Origin: Macrostomum hystrix
Lineage: Eukaryota; Animalia; Platyhelminthes
Reading direction: 5' to 3'
Assembly (NCBI GenBank): GCA_950097015.1
Contig: CATNEN010000002.1
Span: 5,580,001-5,644,000, forward strand
DNA length: 64,000 nt
Shown piece by piece: positions 34,810 to 45,960 of the stretch (the first letter of the stretch is position 1; each line of letters opens with the position of its first letter). Position numbers and translations under genes: made by a program. The notes beneath the pieces were generated by a model that was not told the DNA's origin, ran no database searches, and was given only the letters and a program-made list of their open reading frames with translations.

Positions 34810-35995
34810 GATGAGGGGAATAGAGGCCGAGACGAGGGGAATAGAGGTTGAAACGATGGGAATAGAGGTGGAGACGAGGGTAAAAGAGGCTGAGACGAGG
34901 GGAATAGAGGTGGAGACGAGGGGAAGAATAGAGGTGGAGACGAAAGGAATAGAGGTGGAGACGAGGGGAATAGAGGTTGAAACGATGGGAATAGAGTTGG
35001 AAACCAGGGGAATAGAGGTGGAGACGGGGAGAATAGAGGCCCAGACGTGGGGAATAGAGGTTGAAACGATGGGAATAGAGGCCGAGACGTGGGGAATAGA
35101 GGTGGAGACGAAAGGAATAGAGTTGGAGACGAGGGGAATAGAGGTGGAGACGAGGGGAATAGAGGTTGAAACGATGGGAATAGAGTTGGAAACCAGGGGA
35201 ATAGAGGTGGAGACGAGGGTAAAAGAGGCTGAGACGAGGGGAATAGAGGTGGAGACGAGGGGAATAGAGGTTGAAACGATGGGAATAGAGTTGGAAACCA
35301 GGGGAATAGAGGTGGAGACGAGGGTAAAAGAGGCTGAGACGAGGGGAATAGAGGTGGAGACGAGGGGAATAGAGGTGGAGACGAGGGGAATAGAGGTGGA
35401 GACGTGGGGAATAGAGGTGGAGACGAGGGTAAAAGAGGCTGAGACGAGGGGAATAGAGGTGGAGACGAGGGGAAGAATAGAGGTGGAGACGAAAGGAATA
35501 GAGGTGGAGACGAGGGGAATAGAGGTTGAAACGATGGGAATAGAGTTGGAAACCAGGGGAATAGAGGTGGAGACGGGGAGAATAGAGGCCCAGACGTGGG
35601 GAATAGAGGTTGAAACGATGGGAATAGAGGCCGAGACGTGGGGAATAGAGGTGGAGACGAAAGGAATAGAGTTGGAGACGAGGGGAATAGAGGTGGAGAC
35701 GAGGGGAATAGAGGTTGAAACGATGGGAATAGAGTTGGAAACCAGGGGAATAGAGGTGGAGACGAGGGTAAAAGAGGCTGAGACGAGGGGAATAGAGGTG
35801 GAGACGAGGGGAATAGAGGTTGAAACGATGGGAATAGAGTTGGAAACCAGGGGAATAGAGGTGGAGACGAGGGTAAAAGAGGCTGAGACGAGGGGAATAG
35901 AGGTGGAGACGAGGGGAATAGAGGTGGAGACGAGGGGAATAGAGGCCGAGACGTGGGGAATAGAGGTGGAGACGAGGGAAATAGAGTTGGAATGA
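34810..35995. repeat. 21-bp minisatellite (AATAGAGGTGGAGACGAGGGG) with a 549-bp higher-order duplication
   Basis: Variant markers recur 549 bp apart. Confidence 0.93.
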
Positions 35996-36589
35996 AACTG
36001 ATGAGGTATGCATGTTTTGGGGAGGTTGAATGAGAATGAGTCGGTGGCAAAAGTTGACTGATAGATTAAAGATGTAAAAGTGCAGAGAAGAAAGCCATTC
36101 AGACTGTGACAGAGACCAGAGAGTTTGAGGCTGCATGCGGCTACATCGCATAGTGCGTGGACAATTCGGAAAAAGAAGAACATTTAGAAATAAAACGAGG
36201 CGTATTATGGGGAGAACGAGACAGACAGAGTGCCTAGTCTGATAACTAGTATGGGAATTTTTAACTCAGCTGGGAACTTACAGACAATGAGGATGATAAT
36301 TTTAGATCGAAAAATTGCCGAGGTAAATTTATTTTGTTTGAATGCAGTATAAATAGCTCGTGAGAGTGATTTAGGCACTCGATTTTAATGCGCGAAAGTG
36401 ATGATTTTTTATACTCGTATTTATAAATGCTGCTCTGAACCTGAATTGTTTGGCTTTGAAATAGTAAATCGAGAAACATATTTTTTGAATTGTTAAAAAA
36501 AGACTACTCGACGAAAATCTAGTTGGAAATTGATGATTGCTAAAAAGTCTGGATTCTAGAAATAATACAGTGTGAGGTGGGTGGTTTTA

Positions 36590-37090
36590 AGATACGTTGG
36601 TGGTTTGGAGAGAGTTGTGTGGTTTGGAGTGAGGTGGGTGGTTTGTAGTGAGATGGGTGGTTTGGAGTGAGGTGGTTGGTTTGGAGAGAGGTGGGTGATT
36701 TGGAGAGAGGTGGGTGGTTTGGAGAGAGGTGGGTGGTTTGGAGTGAGGTGGTTGGTTTGGAGAGAGGTGGGTGATTTGGAGAGAGGTGGGTGGTTTGGAG
36801 AGAGGTGGGTGGTTTGGAGTGAGGTGGTTGGTTTGGAGAGAGGTGGGTGATTTGGAGAGAGGTGGGTGGTTTGGAGAGAGGTGGGTGGTTTGGAGTGAGG
36901 TGGTTGGTTTGGAGAGAGGTGGGTGGTTTGGAGAGAGGTGGGTGGTTTGGAGAGAGGTGGGTGGTTTGGAGAGAGGTGGGTGGTTTGGAGAGAGGTGGGT
37001 GGTTTGGAGTGATGTGGGTGGTTCGGAATGAGGTGGGTGATTTGGAGTGAGTTTATTGGGTTGGAGTGAGATGGGTGGTTTAGAATGAAT
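36590..37090. repeat. 19-bp G-rich minisatellite (GGTGGTTTGGAGAGAGGTG)
   Basis: Just upstream of globin exon 2. Confidence 0.9.
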
Positions 37091-37167
37091 GAGGTGGGTC
37101 GTTTTGGGTCGTTTTTCAGTTCGCTTTGGAGCTTGTAGAACAATATTCTGATATTCACGTTCCACAG

Positions 37168-37399
37168 CCTCTTCAAGAGCAATCAGGATCTCCAGGCAAT
37201 GTTCCTGAAATTCAGCAAGCTGGAGCTATCAGACAACATCCGAGAGAATGGTGACTTGGCACTCCACGGCCAGATTGTGATGGGAATTCTCGACGAGGCC
37301 ATTCTGAACATCGAGAACCCGGACTTCATCCGTCGCAGGCTGGGAGGCGCGGCTGTCACACACCGGAAATTCAACGGCTTCTTTGGCAAACTTTTCTGG
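37168..37399 (+). CDS. Globin exon 2
   Basis: LFKSNQDLQAMF (CD1 Phe), LALHGQIVMGILD (distal His E7), AAVTHRKF (proximal His F8); acceptor ccacag|C; donor TGG|GTGAGG at canonical G7.0. Confidence 0.88.
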
Positions 37400-37494
37400 G
37401 TGAGGACTCGGAGTTATAAAGGCCGCATGCGTTCGACTAGACTAACTGTGGAAGTAAATTAAAATAAGCTGATAAAATATGGAACGGTATTGAA

Positions 37495-37625
37495 ACGAGA
37501 TGAGATGAGATTAGATGAGATGAGATTAGATGAGATGAGATGAGATGAGATGGGATGGGATGGGATCAGATGAGATGAGATGAGATGAGATGAGTTGAGA
37601 TGAGACGAGATAAAATGAGATTAGA
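37495..37625. repeat. (GAGAT)n microsatellite
   Basis: In globin intron 2. Confidence 0.88.
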
Positions 37626-38289
37626 CTCTTTGAGATTATGCTCTCTACTTGTAATGATATTACAAAAACTGGGATGAAATGAAACGAGACTAGTAAAAAC
37701 GAAATGAGAATTTCCTAATTCCAGAAAGTAATGAAAAGTGTTGGGAATCCTCGCTCAAGAAAAACTATAGGGAGAATTTTATTCGTGGATTTTACGCATC
37801 TGAAATGGGCTCAGATTCCTAGGAGAAAGGCAAATGAAATGAGGATAATGAGCTAAGCACTGCCATGCAGATTGAGGTTGTGTCCTCACTGGGCAGGGTG
37901 TTCCGGGGATGAGTGAGCTGCGTGGAAGGGTTGATCAGGGGCGGGTGGCTTGATTAAAACCAGTCGTTTTCGTTTACAGCTGCGGCGACCAGACCCAGCA
38001 TAGCAACCAATTAAGCAAATGAAAATACGAGAACTAGGGTATTGTTTTGTAGATTTCAGATTTTTCGGGATAAAATGACAGCTTGATTTGTTAGACAACA
38101 AAAGTAGGTTAGAATAACACAGAATAGTATGCTAGATAATCCCCTGCTAGACAAGTGCGTTTACTTACACCCGAGTCAGTATGCCTACATGCAGGATAAT
38201 TGCCTTGAAAGACATTGCAATCACATGTGAGACAATAAAATCACCTGTTAGGCAAGACATAACTACCTGCTAAACAAAAGAGAATCACC

Positions 38290-38760
38290 TACTGATCAAG
38301 AGATTCACCTGTTAGACAGGAGATTCACCTTTTAGACAAGAGACTCACCTGTTTTGACACTAGGTTCACATGATTAACAAGATATTCACCTGTTAAACAT
38401 GAAATTCACCTTTTAAACAAGATATTCACATGTAAAAGAAAAGATTCACCTGTTAAACACGAGATTCACCTGTTAGACAGGAGACTCACCTGTTAATCAA
38501 GGCATTCATCCGTTAATCGAGGCATTCACCTGTTAATCAAGGCATTCACCTGTTAATCAAGGCATTCACCTGTTAATCAAGGCATTCACCTGTTAATCAA
38601 GGCATTCACCTGTTAATCAAGACATTCACCTGTTAATCAAGGCATTCACCTGTTAATCAAGGCATTCACCTGTTAATCAAGGCATTAACCTGTTAATTAA
38701 GACATTCATCTGTTAATCAAGATATTAACCTGTTAATCAAGGCATTCACCTGTTAACCAA
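38290..38760. repeat. 20-bp minisatellite (ATTCACCTGTTAATCAAGGC)
   Basis: Runs up to the globin exon 3 acceptor. Confidence 0.88.
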
Positions 38761-38772
38761 CCGTTGCTGCAG

Positions 38773-38910
38773 GCCATGGAGCAGCCATTCCTGGAATCGG
38801 TCAAGCTCACCCTAGCAGACAGGTTTAACGATAGCATTGCGGACATCTACGCCAAGACAATACGCTACGTGCTGCAAGAAATGGAAGACGCTTTTAACGC
38901 GTCAGAATGA
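38773..38910 (+). CDS. Globin exon 3 (G/H helices, stop)
   Basis: Not in the ORF track. AMEQPFLESVKLTLADRFNDSIADIYAKTIRYVLQEMEDAFNASE*; acceptor ctgcag|GCC. Confidence 0.85.
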   Translation, partial: AMEQPFLESVKLTLADRFNDSIADIYAKTIRYVLQEMEDAFNASE

Positions 38911-39311
38911 CACATCAAATTAATTCCTGTTGATCTATTCTTGTTGCCGAGTGTTTGCTTAGAGAACACTTATTTTCTTATAAAAGTACATATGCACTTT
39001 TCTTGTGATTCACTAGAGGCACAATTCCGATCGAATTATAGCTAAAGTACTCCACTAACCAGCCGTTTTAAATATACAGACTTAATCCATAAGCACCTAG
39101 AATCAAAGTGTTGCCATCTGTTTGATCGAATTTCATTGGAGAGGAAAATGAAGGCTCAGCGAAAGCAATCGGCTTCGTGTAGTTTCTGAGTGTGAGAGCC
39201 AGTGACAGCGATGTGCGAAATATAAGACCTTTATGGTCTTTCTGATCCCAGTAGGATTACTGCTGAGTCACTTTTAACTATCTATATTCGGCGATTTTAA
39301 CAACGATAACT

Positions 39312-41145
39312 GCTGCGATTCCAGCTACTGTACCTGCTGCGATTCCAGCTACTGTACCTGCTGCGATTCTAGCTACTGTACCTGCTGCGATTCCAGCTAC
39401 TGTTCCTGCTGCGATTCCAGCTACTGTACCTGCTGCGATTCCAGCTACTGTACCTGCTGCGATTCCAGCTACTGTACCTGCTGCGATTCCAGCTACTGTA
39501 CCTGCTGCGATTCCAGCTACTGTTCCTGCTGCGATTCCAGCTACTGTTCCTGCTGCGATTCCAGCTACTGTACCTGCTGCGATTCCAGCTACTGTACCTG
39601 CTGCGATTCCAGCTACTGTACCTGCTGCGATTCCAGCTACTGTACCTGCTGCGATTCCAGCTACTGTACCTGCTGCGATTCCAGCTACTGTTCCTGCTGC
39701 GATTCCAGCTACTATTCCTGCTGCGATTCCACCTACTGTACCTGCTGCGATTCCAGCTACTGTACCTGCTGCGATTCTAGCTACTGTACCTGCTGCGATT
39801 CCAGCTACTGTTCCTGCTGCGATTCCAGCTACTGTACCTGCTGCGATTCCAGCTACTGTACCTGCTGCGATTCCAGCTACTATTCCTGCTGCGATTCCAG
39901 CTACTATTCCTGCTGCGATTCCAGCTACTGTACCTGCTGCGATTCCAGCTACTGTACCTGCTGCGATTCCAGCTACTATTCCTGCTGCGATTCCAGCTAC
40001 TATTCCTGCTGCGATTCCAGCTACTATTCCTGCTGCGATTTCAGCTACTATTCCTGCTGCGATTTCAGCTACTATTCCTGCTGCGATTTCAGCTACTGTT
40101 CCTGCTGCGATTCCAGCTACTATTCCTGCTGCGATTCCAGCTACTGTACCTGCTGCGATTCCAGCTACTGTTCCTGCTGCGATTCCAGCTACTGTACCTG
40201 CTGCGATTACAGCTACTGTACCTGCTGCGATTCCAGCTACTGTTCCTGCTGCGATTCCAGCTACTGTTCCTGCTGCGATTCCAGCTACTGTACCTGCTGC
40301 GATTCCAGCTACTGTACCTGCTGCGATTCCAGCTACTGTACCTGCTGCGATTCCAGCTACTGTACCTGCTGCGATTCCAGCTACTGTACCTGCTGCGATT
40401 CCAGCTACTGTTCCTGCTGCGATTCCAGCTACTGTTCCTGCTGCGATTCCAGCTACTGTACCTGCTGCGATTCCAGCTACTGTACCTGCTGCGATTCTAG
40501 CTACTGTACCTGCTGCGATTCCAGCTTCTGTTCCTGCTGCGATTCCAGCTACTGTACCTGCTGCGATTCCAGCTACTATTCCTGCTGCGATTCCAGCTAC
40601 TATTCCTGCTGCGATTCCAGCTACTATTCCTGCTGCGATTCCAGCTACTGTACCTGCTGCGATTCCAGCTACTGTACCTGCTGCGATTCCAGCTACTATT
40701 CCTGCTGCGATTCCAGCTACTATTCCTGCTGCGATTTCAGCTACTATTCCTGCTGCGATTTCAGCTACTATTCCTGCTGCGATTTCAGCTACTGTTCCTG
40801 CTGCGATTCCAGCTACTATTCCTGCTGCGATTCCAGCTACTGTACCTGCTGCGATTCCAGCTACTGTACCTGCTGCGATTCCAGCTACTGTACCTGCTGC
40901 GATTCTAGCTACTGTACCTGCTGTGATTCCAGCTACTATTCCTGCTGCGATTCCAGCTACTGTACCTGCTGCGATTCCAGCTACTGTACCTGCTGCGATT
41001 CCAGCTACTGTACCTGCTGCGATTCCAGCTACTGTACCTGCTGCGATTCCAGCTACTGTACCTGCTGCGATTCCAGCTACTGTTCCTGCTGCGATTCCAG
41101 CTACTGTACCTGCTGCGATTCCAGCTACTATTCCTGCTGCGATTT
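39312..41145. repeat. 24-bp minisatellite (CTGCTGCGATTCCAGCTACTGTAC), ~76 copies
   Basis: Direct inspection; no indels. Confidence 0.96.
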
Positions 41146-42037
41146 TAGCAGCGTTTTCGATTGATTTTTTAGCAATGCGATATAAAAAGAAAAATAATAG
41201 TATGCTACTGGAGTCAGCTCTGTTCGGGCTCGCACAACCCAGAATTTATATTACTATTATGTATATAATACACGGAACACGCCAGTGTTGCAGATGTAAT
41301 TTATTATATAATAGAAACTTTCTTAAATAGACATGCAAATTGAATTTCCAATTTCATTAGATTTGTTAAGCAATTTTACACGCACACTTTATTATCGATT
41401 TGAAGAAGAATTACGGTTTAATTGAAAAGGTTGTTAATACATCGGTAGAAAAACACATGCAGCAATCAGGTATTATCGAGCAATTAAAATACGCTAGGTA
41501 GGAGCAGTTGAGTTTGTGAAAATCATTTCTTGCATCAAGTATTGTTTGGGGTCAAGTTCTGTACAGTCCAACTAACTAGATATGAGCATCATAGTTTATG
41601 GGGCTGATACAGAACTCTGAAACAATAACAATATAGCAGCATTAACCATTAGCAGTTCTGGGCGTATTATATTCTCAATATAATCGCAAATATGAGGGCC
41701 TAATAAGCAATTAAGAGTAGAACAAGCGACAAAAAATCAGCCCCATGCATCATTGCGATACTACTTACAGAACAGTCCAACAGTAGTACTATTAGCAGTA
41801 GCATAATTGAGGGAGTGTGAGCGGACCAGACTTTTCAATACAACTTTTTTACAAGAATCATTTTTCATTAACAATCAGATTAATGAAGTTGGATTTACAA
41901 ATGCCGAATGGGATTGGGGAACAAGCTTAACAGGTTCAGTGGCTTGATTGCCGGCCGCTAATTTGATGGCATATTTACTAGATACGCATATCCCAAGAAA
42001 ACTGCGCATGTTCACTACTTTTATAACTGGCCGATGA

Positions 42038-43062
42038 TCAGTAGTATAACTAGCTAATAGTCAGTAGTATAACTAGCTGATAGTCAGTAGTATAACTAGC
42101 TGATAGTTAGTAGTATAACTAGCTGATAGTCAGTAGTATAACTAGCTGATAGTCAGTAGTATAACTAGCTAATAGTCACTAGTATAACTAGCTAATAGTC
42201 AGTAGTATAACTAGCTGATAGTTAGTAGTATAACTAGCTAATAGTCAGTAGTATAACTAGCTGATATTCAGTAGTATAACTAGCTGATAGTCAGTAGTAT
42301 AACTAGCTAATAGTCAGTAGAATAACTAGCTGATATTCAGTAGTATAACTAGCTGATGGTCAGTAGTATAACTAGCTGATAATCAGTAGTATAACTAGCT
42401 AATAGTCAGTAGTATAACTAGCTGATAGTCAGTAGTATAACTAGCTAATAGTCAGTAGTATAACTAGCTAATAGTCAGTAGTAAAACTAGGTGATATTCA
42501 GTAGTATAACTAGCTAATAGTCAGTAGTATAACTAGCTAATAGTCAGTAGTATAACTAGCTAATAGTCAGTAGTATAACTAGCTGATATTCAGTAGTATA
42601 ACTAGCTGATAGTCAGTAGTATAACTAGCTAATAGTCAGTAGTATAACTAGCTGATAGTTAGTAGTATAACTAGCTGATAGTCAGTAGTATAACTAGCTA
42701 ATAGTCAGTAGTATAACTAGCTGATATTCAGTAGTATAACTAGCTGATAGTCAGTAGTATAACTAGCTAATAGTCAGTAGAATAACTAGCTGATATTCAG
42801 TAGTATAACTAGCTGATGGTCAGTAGTATAACTAGCTGATAATCAGTAGTATAACTAGCTAATAGTCAGTAGTAAAACTAGCTGATATTCAGTAGTATAA
42901 CTAGCTGATAGTCAGTAGTATAACTAGCTAATAGTCAGTAGTATAACTAGCTGATAGTCAGTAGTATAACTAGCTGATAGTCAGTAGTATAACTAGCTGA
43001 TAGTCAGTAGTATAACTAGCTGATAGTCAGTAGTATAACTAGCTGATATTCAGTAGTATAAC
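42038..43062. repeat. 23-bp minisatellite (AGTCAGTAGTATAACTAGCTGAT)
   Basis: Direct inspection. Confidence 0.95.
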
Positions 43063-43609
43063 CAGTAGTCATTTTAACCAGTTTTTACAATAACGCAAAA
43101 CGCCTTTGATGGCTAAATTTATAAACAAATATTACGGGACTAAAGAAGCGAAAAGAGAAACACACAGAGTAACTAGTGCATAACAGGACGATATTAAAAA
43201 AACAACAACTCAAGTCAGCAACAAGCAGATGTAAGGCTACAAACATTACAGAAATAATGCGCATTGTCTTTTTTCAAATAAAAACAAACGTCACCTCGGC
43301 TTTTTTTAATGGAAAACTTTTTTCTAACAGGGAGTGGAAAAATTGCAGACAAGTTACTCTGTGTGAACAAAGACTCTTAACTGCTACTTAAAGCATTGCG
43401 AGCGACATTTTTAGGGCAATCAGGCAATTTTAGTTACAGAATACAAAATCAGACAGGCCTATTATTAACACAGAAAGATTTTTAAGCAATTAAATCGTCA
43501 AGTGGGCATGTGTGGGAATAGGACAATGGCCTTGGCCAAGTAGCGGCCTCTTAAACTCGACAAAGCGAGATTTAAACGGACTTAAATCGGTCATTAGCGA
43601 TTGTTAATT

Positions 43610-44610
43610 GGTCATTGCCTCAGCTGGTCATAAGCCATACCCAATAGCTCATTGTCTCAGTTGGTCATAAGCCATACCCAATAGCTCATTGTCTCAGTTG
43701 GTCATAAGCCATACCCAATAGCTCATTGTCTCAGTTGGTCATAAGCCATACCCAATAGCTCATTGTCTCAGTTGGTCATAAGCCATACCCAATAGCTCAT
43801 TGTCTAAGTTGGTCATAAGCTATACCCAATAGCTCATTGTCTAAGTTGGTCATAAGCTATACCCAATAGCTCATTGTCTAAGTTGGTCATAAGCCATACC
43901 CAATAGCTCATTGTCTAAGTTGGTCATAAGCCATACCCAATAGCTCATTGTCTAAGTTGGTCATAAGCCATACCCAATAGCTCATTGTCTAAGTTGGTCA
44001 TAAGCTATACCCAATAGCTCATTGTCTAAGTTGGACATAAGCCATACCCAATAGCTCATTGTCTAAGTTGGTCATAAGCCATACCCAATAGCTCATTGTC
44101 TAAGTTGGTCATAAGCCATACCCAATAGCTCATTGTCTAAGTTGGTCATAAGCTATACCCAATAGCTCATTGTCTAAGTTGGACATAAGCCATACCCAAT
44201 AGCTCATTGTCTAAGTTGGTCATAAGCCATACCCAATAGCTCATTGTCTAAGTTGGTCATAAGCCATACCCAATAGCTCATTGTCTAAGTTGGTCATAAG
44301 CTATACCCAATAGCTCATTGTCTAAGTTGGTCATAAGCCATACCCAATAGCTCATTGTCTAAGTTGGTCATAAGCCATACCCAATAGCTCATTGTCTAAG
44401 TTGGTCATAAGCTATACCCAATAGCTCATTGTCTAAGTTGGTCATAAGCCATACCCAATAGCTCATTGTCTAAGTTGGTCATAAGCTATACCCAATAGCT
44501 CATTGTCTAAGTTGGTCATAAGCTATACCCAATAGCTCATTGTCTAAGTTGGTCATAAGCCATACCCAATAGCTCATTGTCTAAGTTGGTCATAAGCTAT
44601 ACCCAATAGC
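43610..44610. repeat. 37-bp minisatellite (TTGGTCATAAGCCATACCCAATAGCTCATTGTCTAAG)
   Basis: Just 3' of the MED1 stop. Confidence 0.95.
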
Positions 44611-44735
44611 TCTCTTACGAGTTTGAAAAATCTGAAAAAAGGAAAAAGAAAAAAATCACTTTAATTAAAAAGGCAGCTGAAAGAAGAACCACAAGAGATG
44701 CTAACACGAAAAGCGCTGGCCACTAGTCAGTGAAG

Positions 44736-45437
44736 TCAATTGTGTGGAATGATGCTAACAGTGGTGGGGTGACCTGCACCGCTGCTGCCGCCGCCGCCTC
44801 CAACGCCACCAGAGCCGCCGCCAGGCGAAGGCGACGCTGGACCGTCTGTGGGACTGTCAGGCGTGTCCTTGTGATGCATGGTTTGATCAGCGCCCAGATG
44901 CTGCTGTTGAAGATGATGATGGTGCTGCTGCTGCTGTTGCTGCTGATGCCTGATCTGGTCGAAAAGGTTTGTCGGCATTGGCCGATGATGCATCTGATAC
45001 TGCTGCGGATGCTGCATGGGCATCTGCCTGCCAGAAGGGGGATAAGCCGAGCCTAGTGGCGGTCGCTGCTGCTGCTGCTGCTGCTGAGGATAGTACTGCT
45101 GTCGAATGCCTCCAGGACCTGATGTGAAGCCGCCCGACTGAGGAAAGCGCGGCGGCGGAGGCGGCGGCTGCACCAGCTGCTGCTGCGGCTGACTGCTGCC
45201 CGCAGCCGAGGAAGAATCATCCGTGGCAGTATTTTTCCGAGGAATTTTGAAACTCTTCAATGCCGGATTCTGCCTGGATGCCGAGGGCGCCGCGACGGCT
45301 GCCGAGTCGGCCGGAGTTGCAGGGCTGGCACCGGCGCTGCTGCTGGGTGTTGAAAGCCGCGATGCGTCGGCGGCGGCGGATGCTGCGGAGGCCGCGTCCA
45401 GACGCCGATGCTTCTTTGACTTCTTGGCTTGCGGCGG
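44736..45437 (-). CDS. MED1: MED1 last exon (basic stretch plus Q/P/G-rich tail)
   Basis: Acceptor gtctag|CCG in phase 0; open through PPQAKKSKKHRR...LKSFKIPRK to TGA at 44738-44736. Confidence 0.75.
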   Translation of the reverse strand, partial: PPQAKKSKKHRRLDAASAASAAADASRLSTPSSSAGASPATPADSAAVAAPSASRQNPALKSFKIPRKNTATDDSSSAAGSSQPQQQLVQPPPPPPRFPQSGGFTSGPGGIRQQYYPQQQQQQQRPPLGSAYPPSGRQMPMQHPQQYQMHHRPMPTNLFDQIRHQQQQQQQHHHHLQQQHLGADQTMHHKDTPDSPTDGPASPSPGGGSGGVGGGGGSSGAGHPTTVSIIPHN

Positions 45438-45584
45438 CTAGACGTGGGAAATTCAGCAGAAAATGAATATTTTTTAGCTAGTACTAGTAATAATGCTAGC
45501 ATCTGAACATTTGGGATCTGAGAGGATCAGATTTTGGGGATCTGATGATGAGCAAAATAATTGATTACAACTGCCCTAATTGGG

Positions 45585-45810
45585 CCAGATGTGCAGCCGA
45601 CCGCACAGCCGCAGCGATTCGGCGGAGCGCCTGAAGGCAGCATATAGCTCTAAGTCCAGTCCGTGGACTGGGGAGATACCACCTCAATCATCCCGCCGTA
45701 AAAAATTCCAGCTGATGCTAAGGGATACAAATTCTTCCAATGTAGTCGAGAATCGAACCCTCGACCTTTAAGTCGTGAGTCCGGCACTATAATTACTAGG
45801 CTAAAACCCT
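45585..45810 (-). mobile_element. tRNA-derived SINE-like element in the last MED1 intron
   Basis: A-box-like TAGCCTAGTAA and B-box GGTTCGATTC, tRNA-like spacing, no acceptor stem, followed by TGTATCCCTTAGC. Confidence 0.45.
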
Positions 45811-45960
45811 CTATTATGAGCACCAAAGGGGCTTAAAACGATGAGTCCAGTGATCATTACATAGGGGAAAAATATTATATCCCCCCCTTTGCTGAGACTC
45901 GAACTGCCGACGTCTCGTTCACTTTGATTTGAGCCTGCTCAAAAGATTTGTCGGTCTTAC

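Noticed and set aside
34734-36183. 400-460 aa ORFs over the 21-bp array (TRGIEVE, PLFPSSP)
   Set aside because: They are repeat-derived, open in four frames at once, and lie inside the globin intron.
21750-37167. A rule that intronic arrays are always pyrimidine-rich on the pre-mRNA strand
   Set aside because: It holds for many arrays but has clear exceptions (34810-35995, 36590-37090, 15510-15920).
5659-44610. Tandem arrays as possible CRISPR loci
   Set aside because: There are no unique spacers and no cas genes, and the context is eukaryotic and intronic.
45742-45810. tRNA-Val(CAC)-like sequence as a functional tRNA gene
   Set aside because: Acceptor and anticodon stems do not pair; it is treated as a SINE head or pseudogene.
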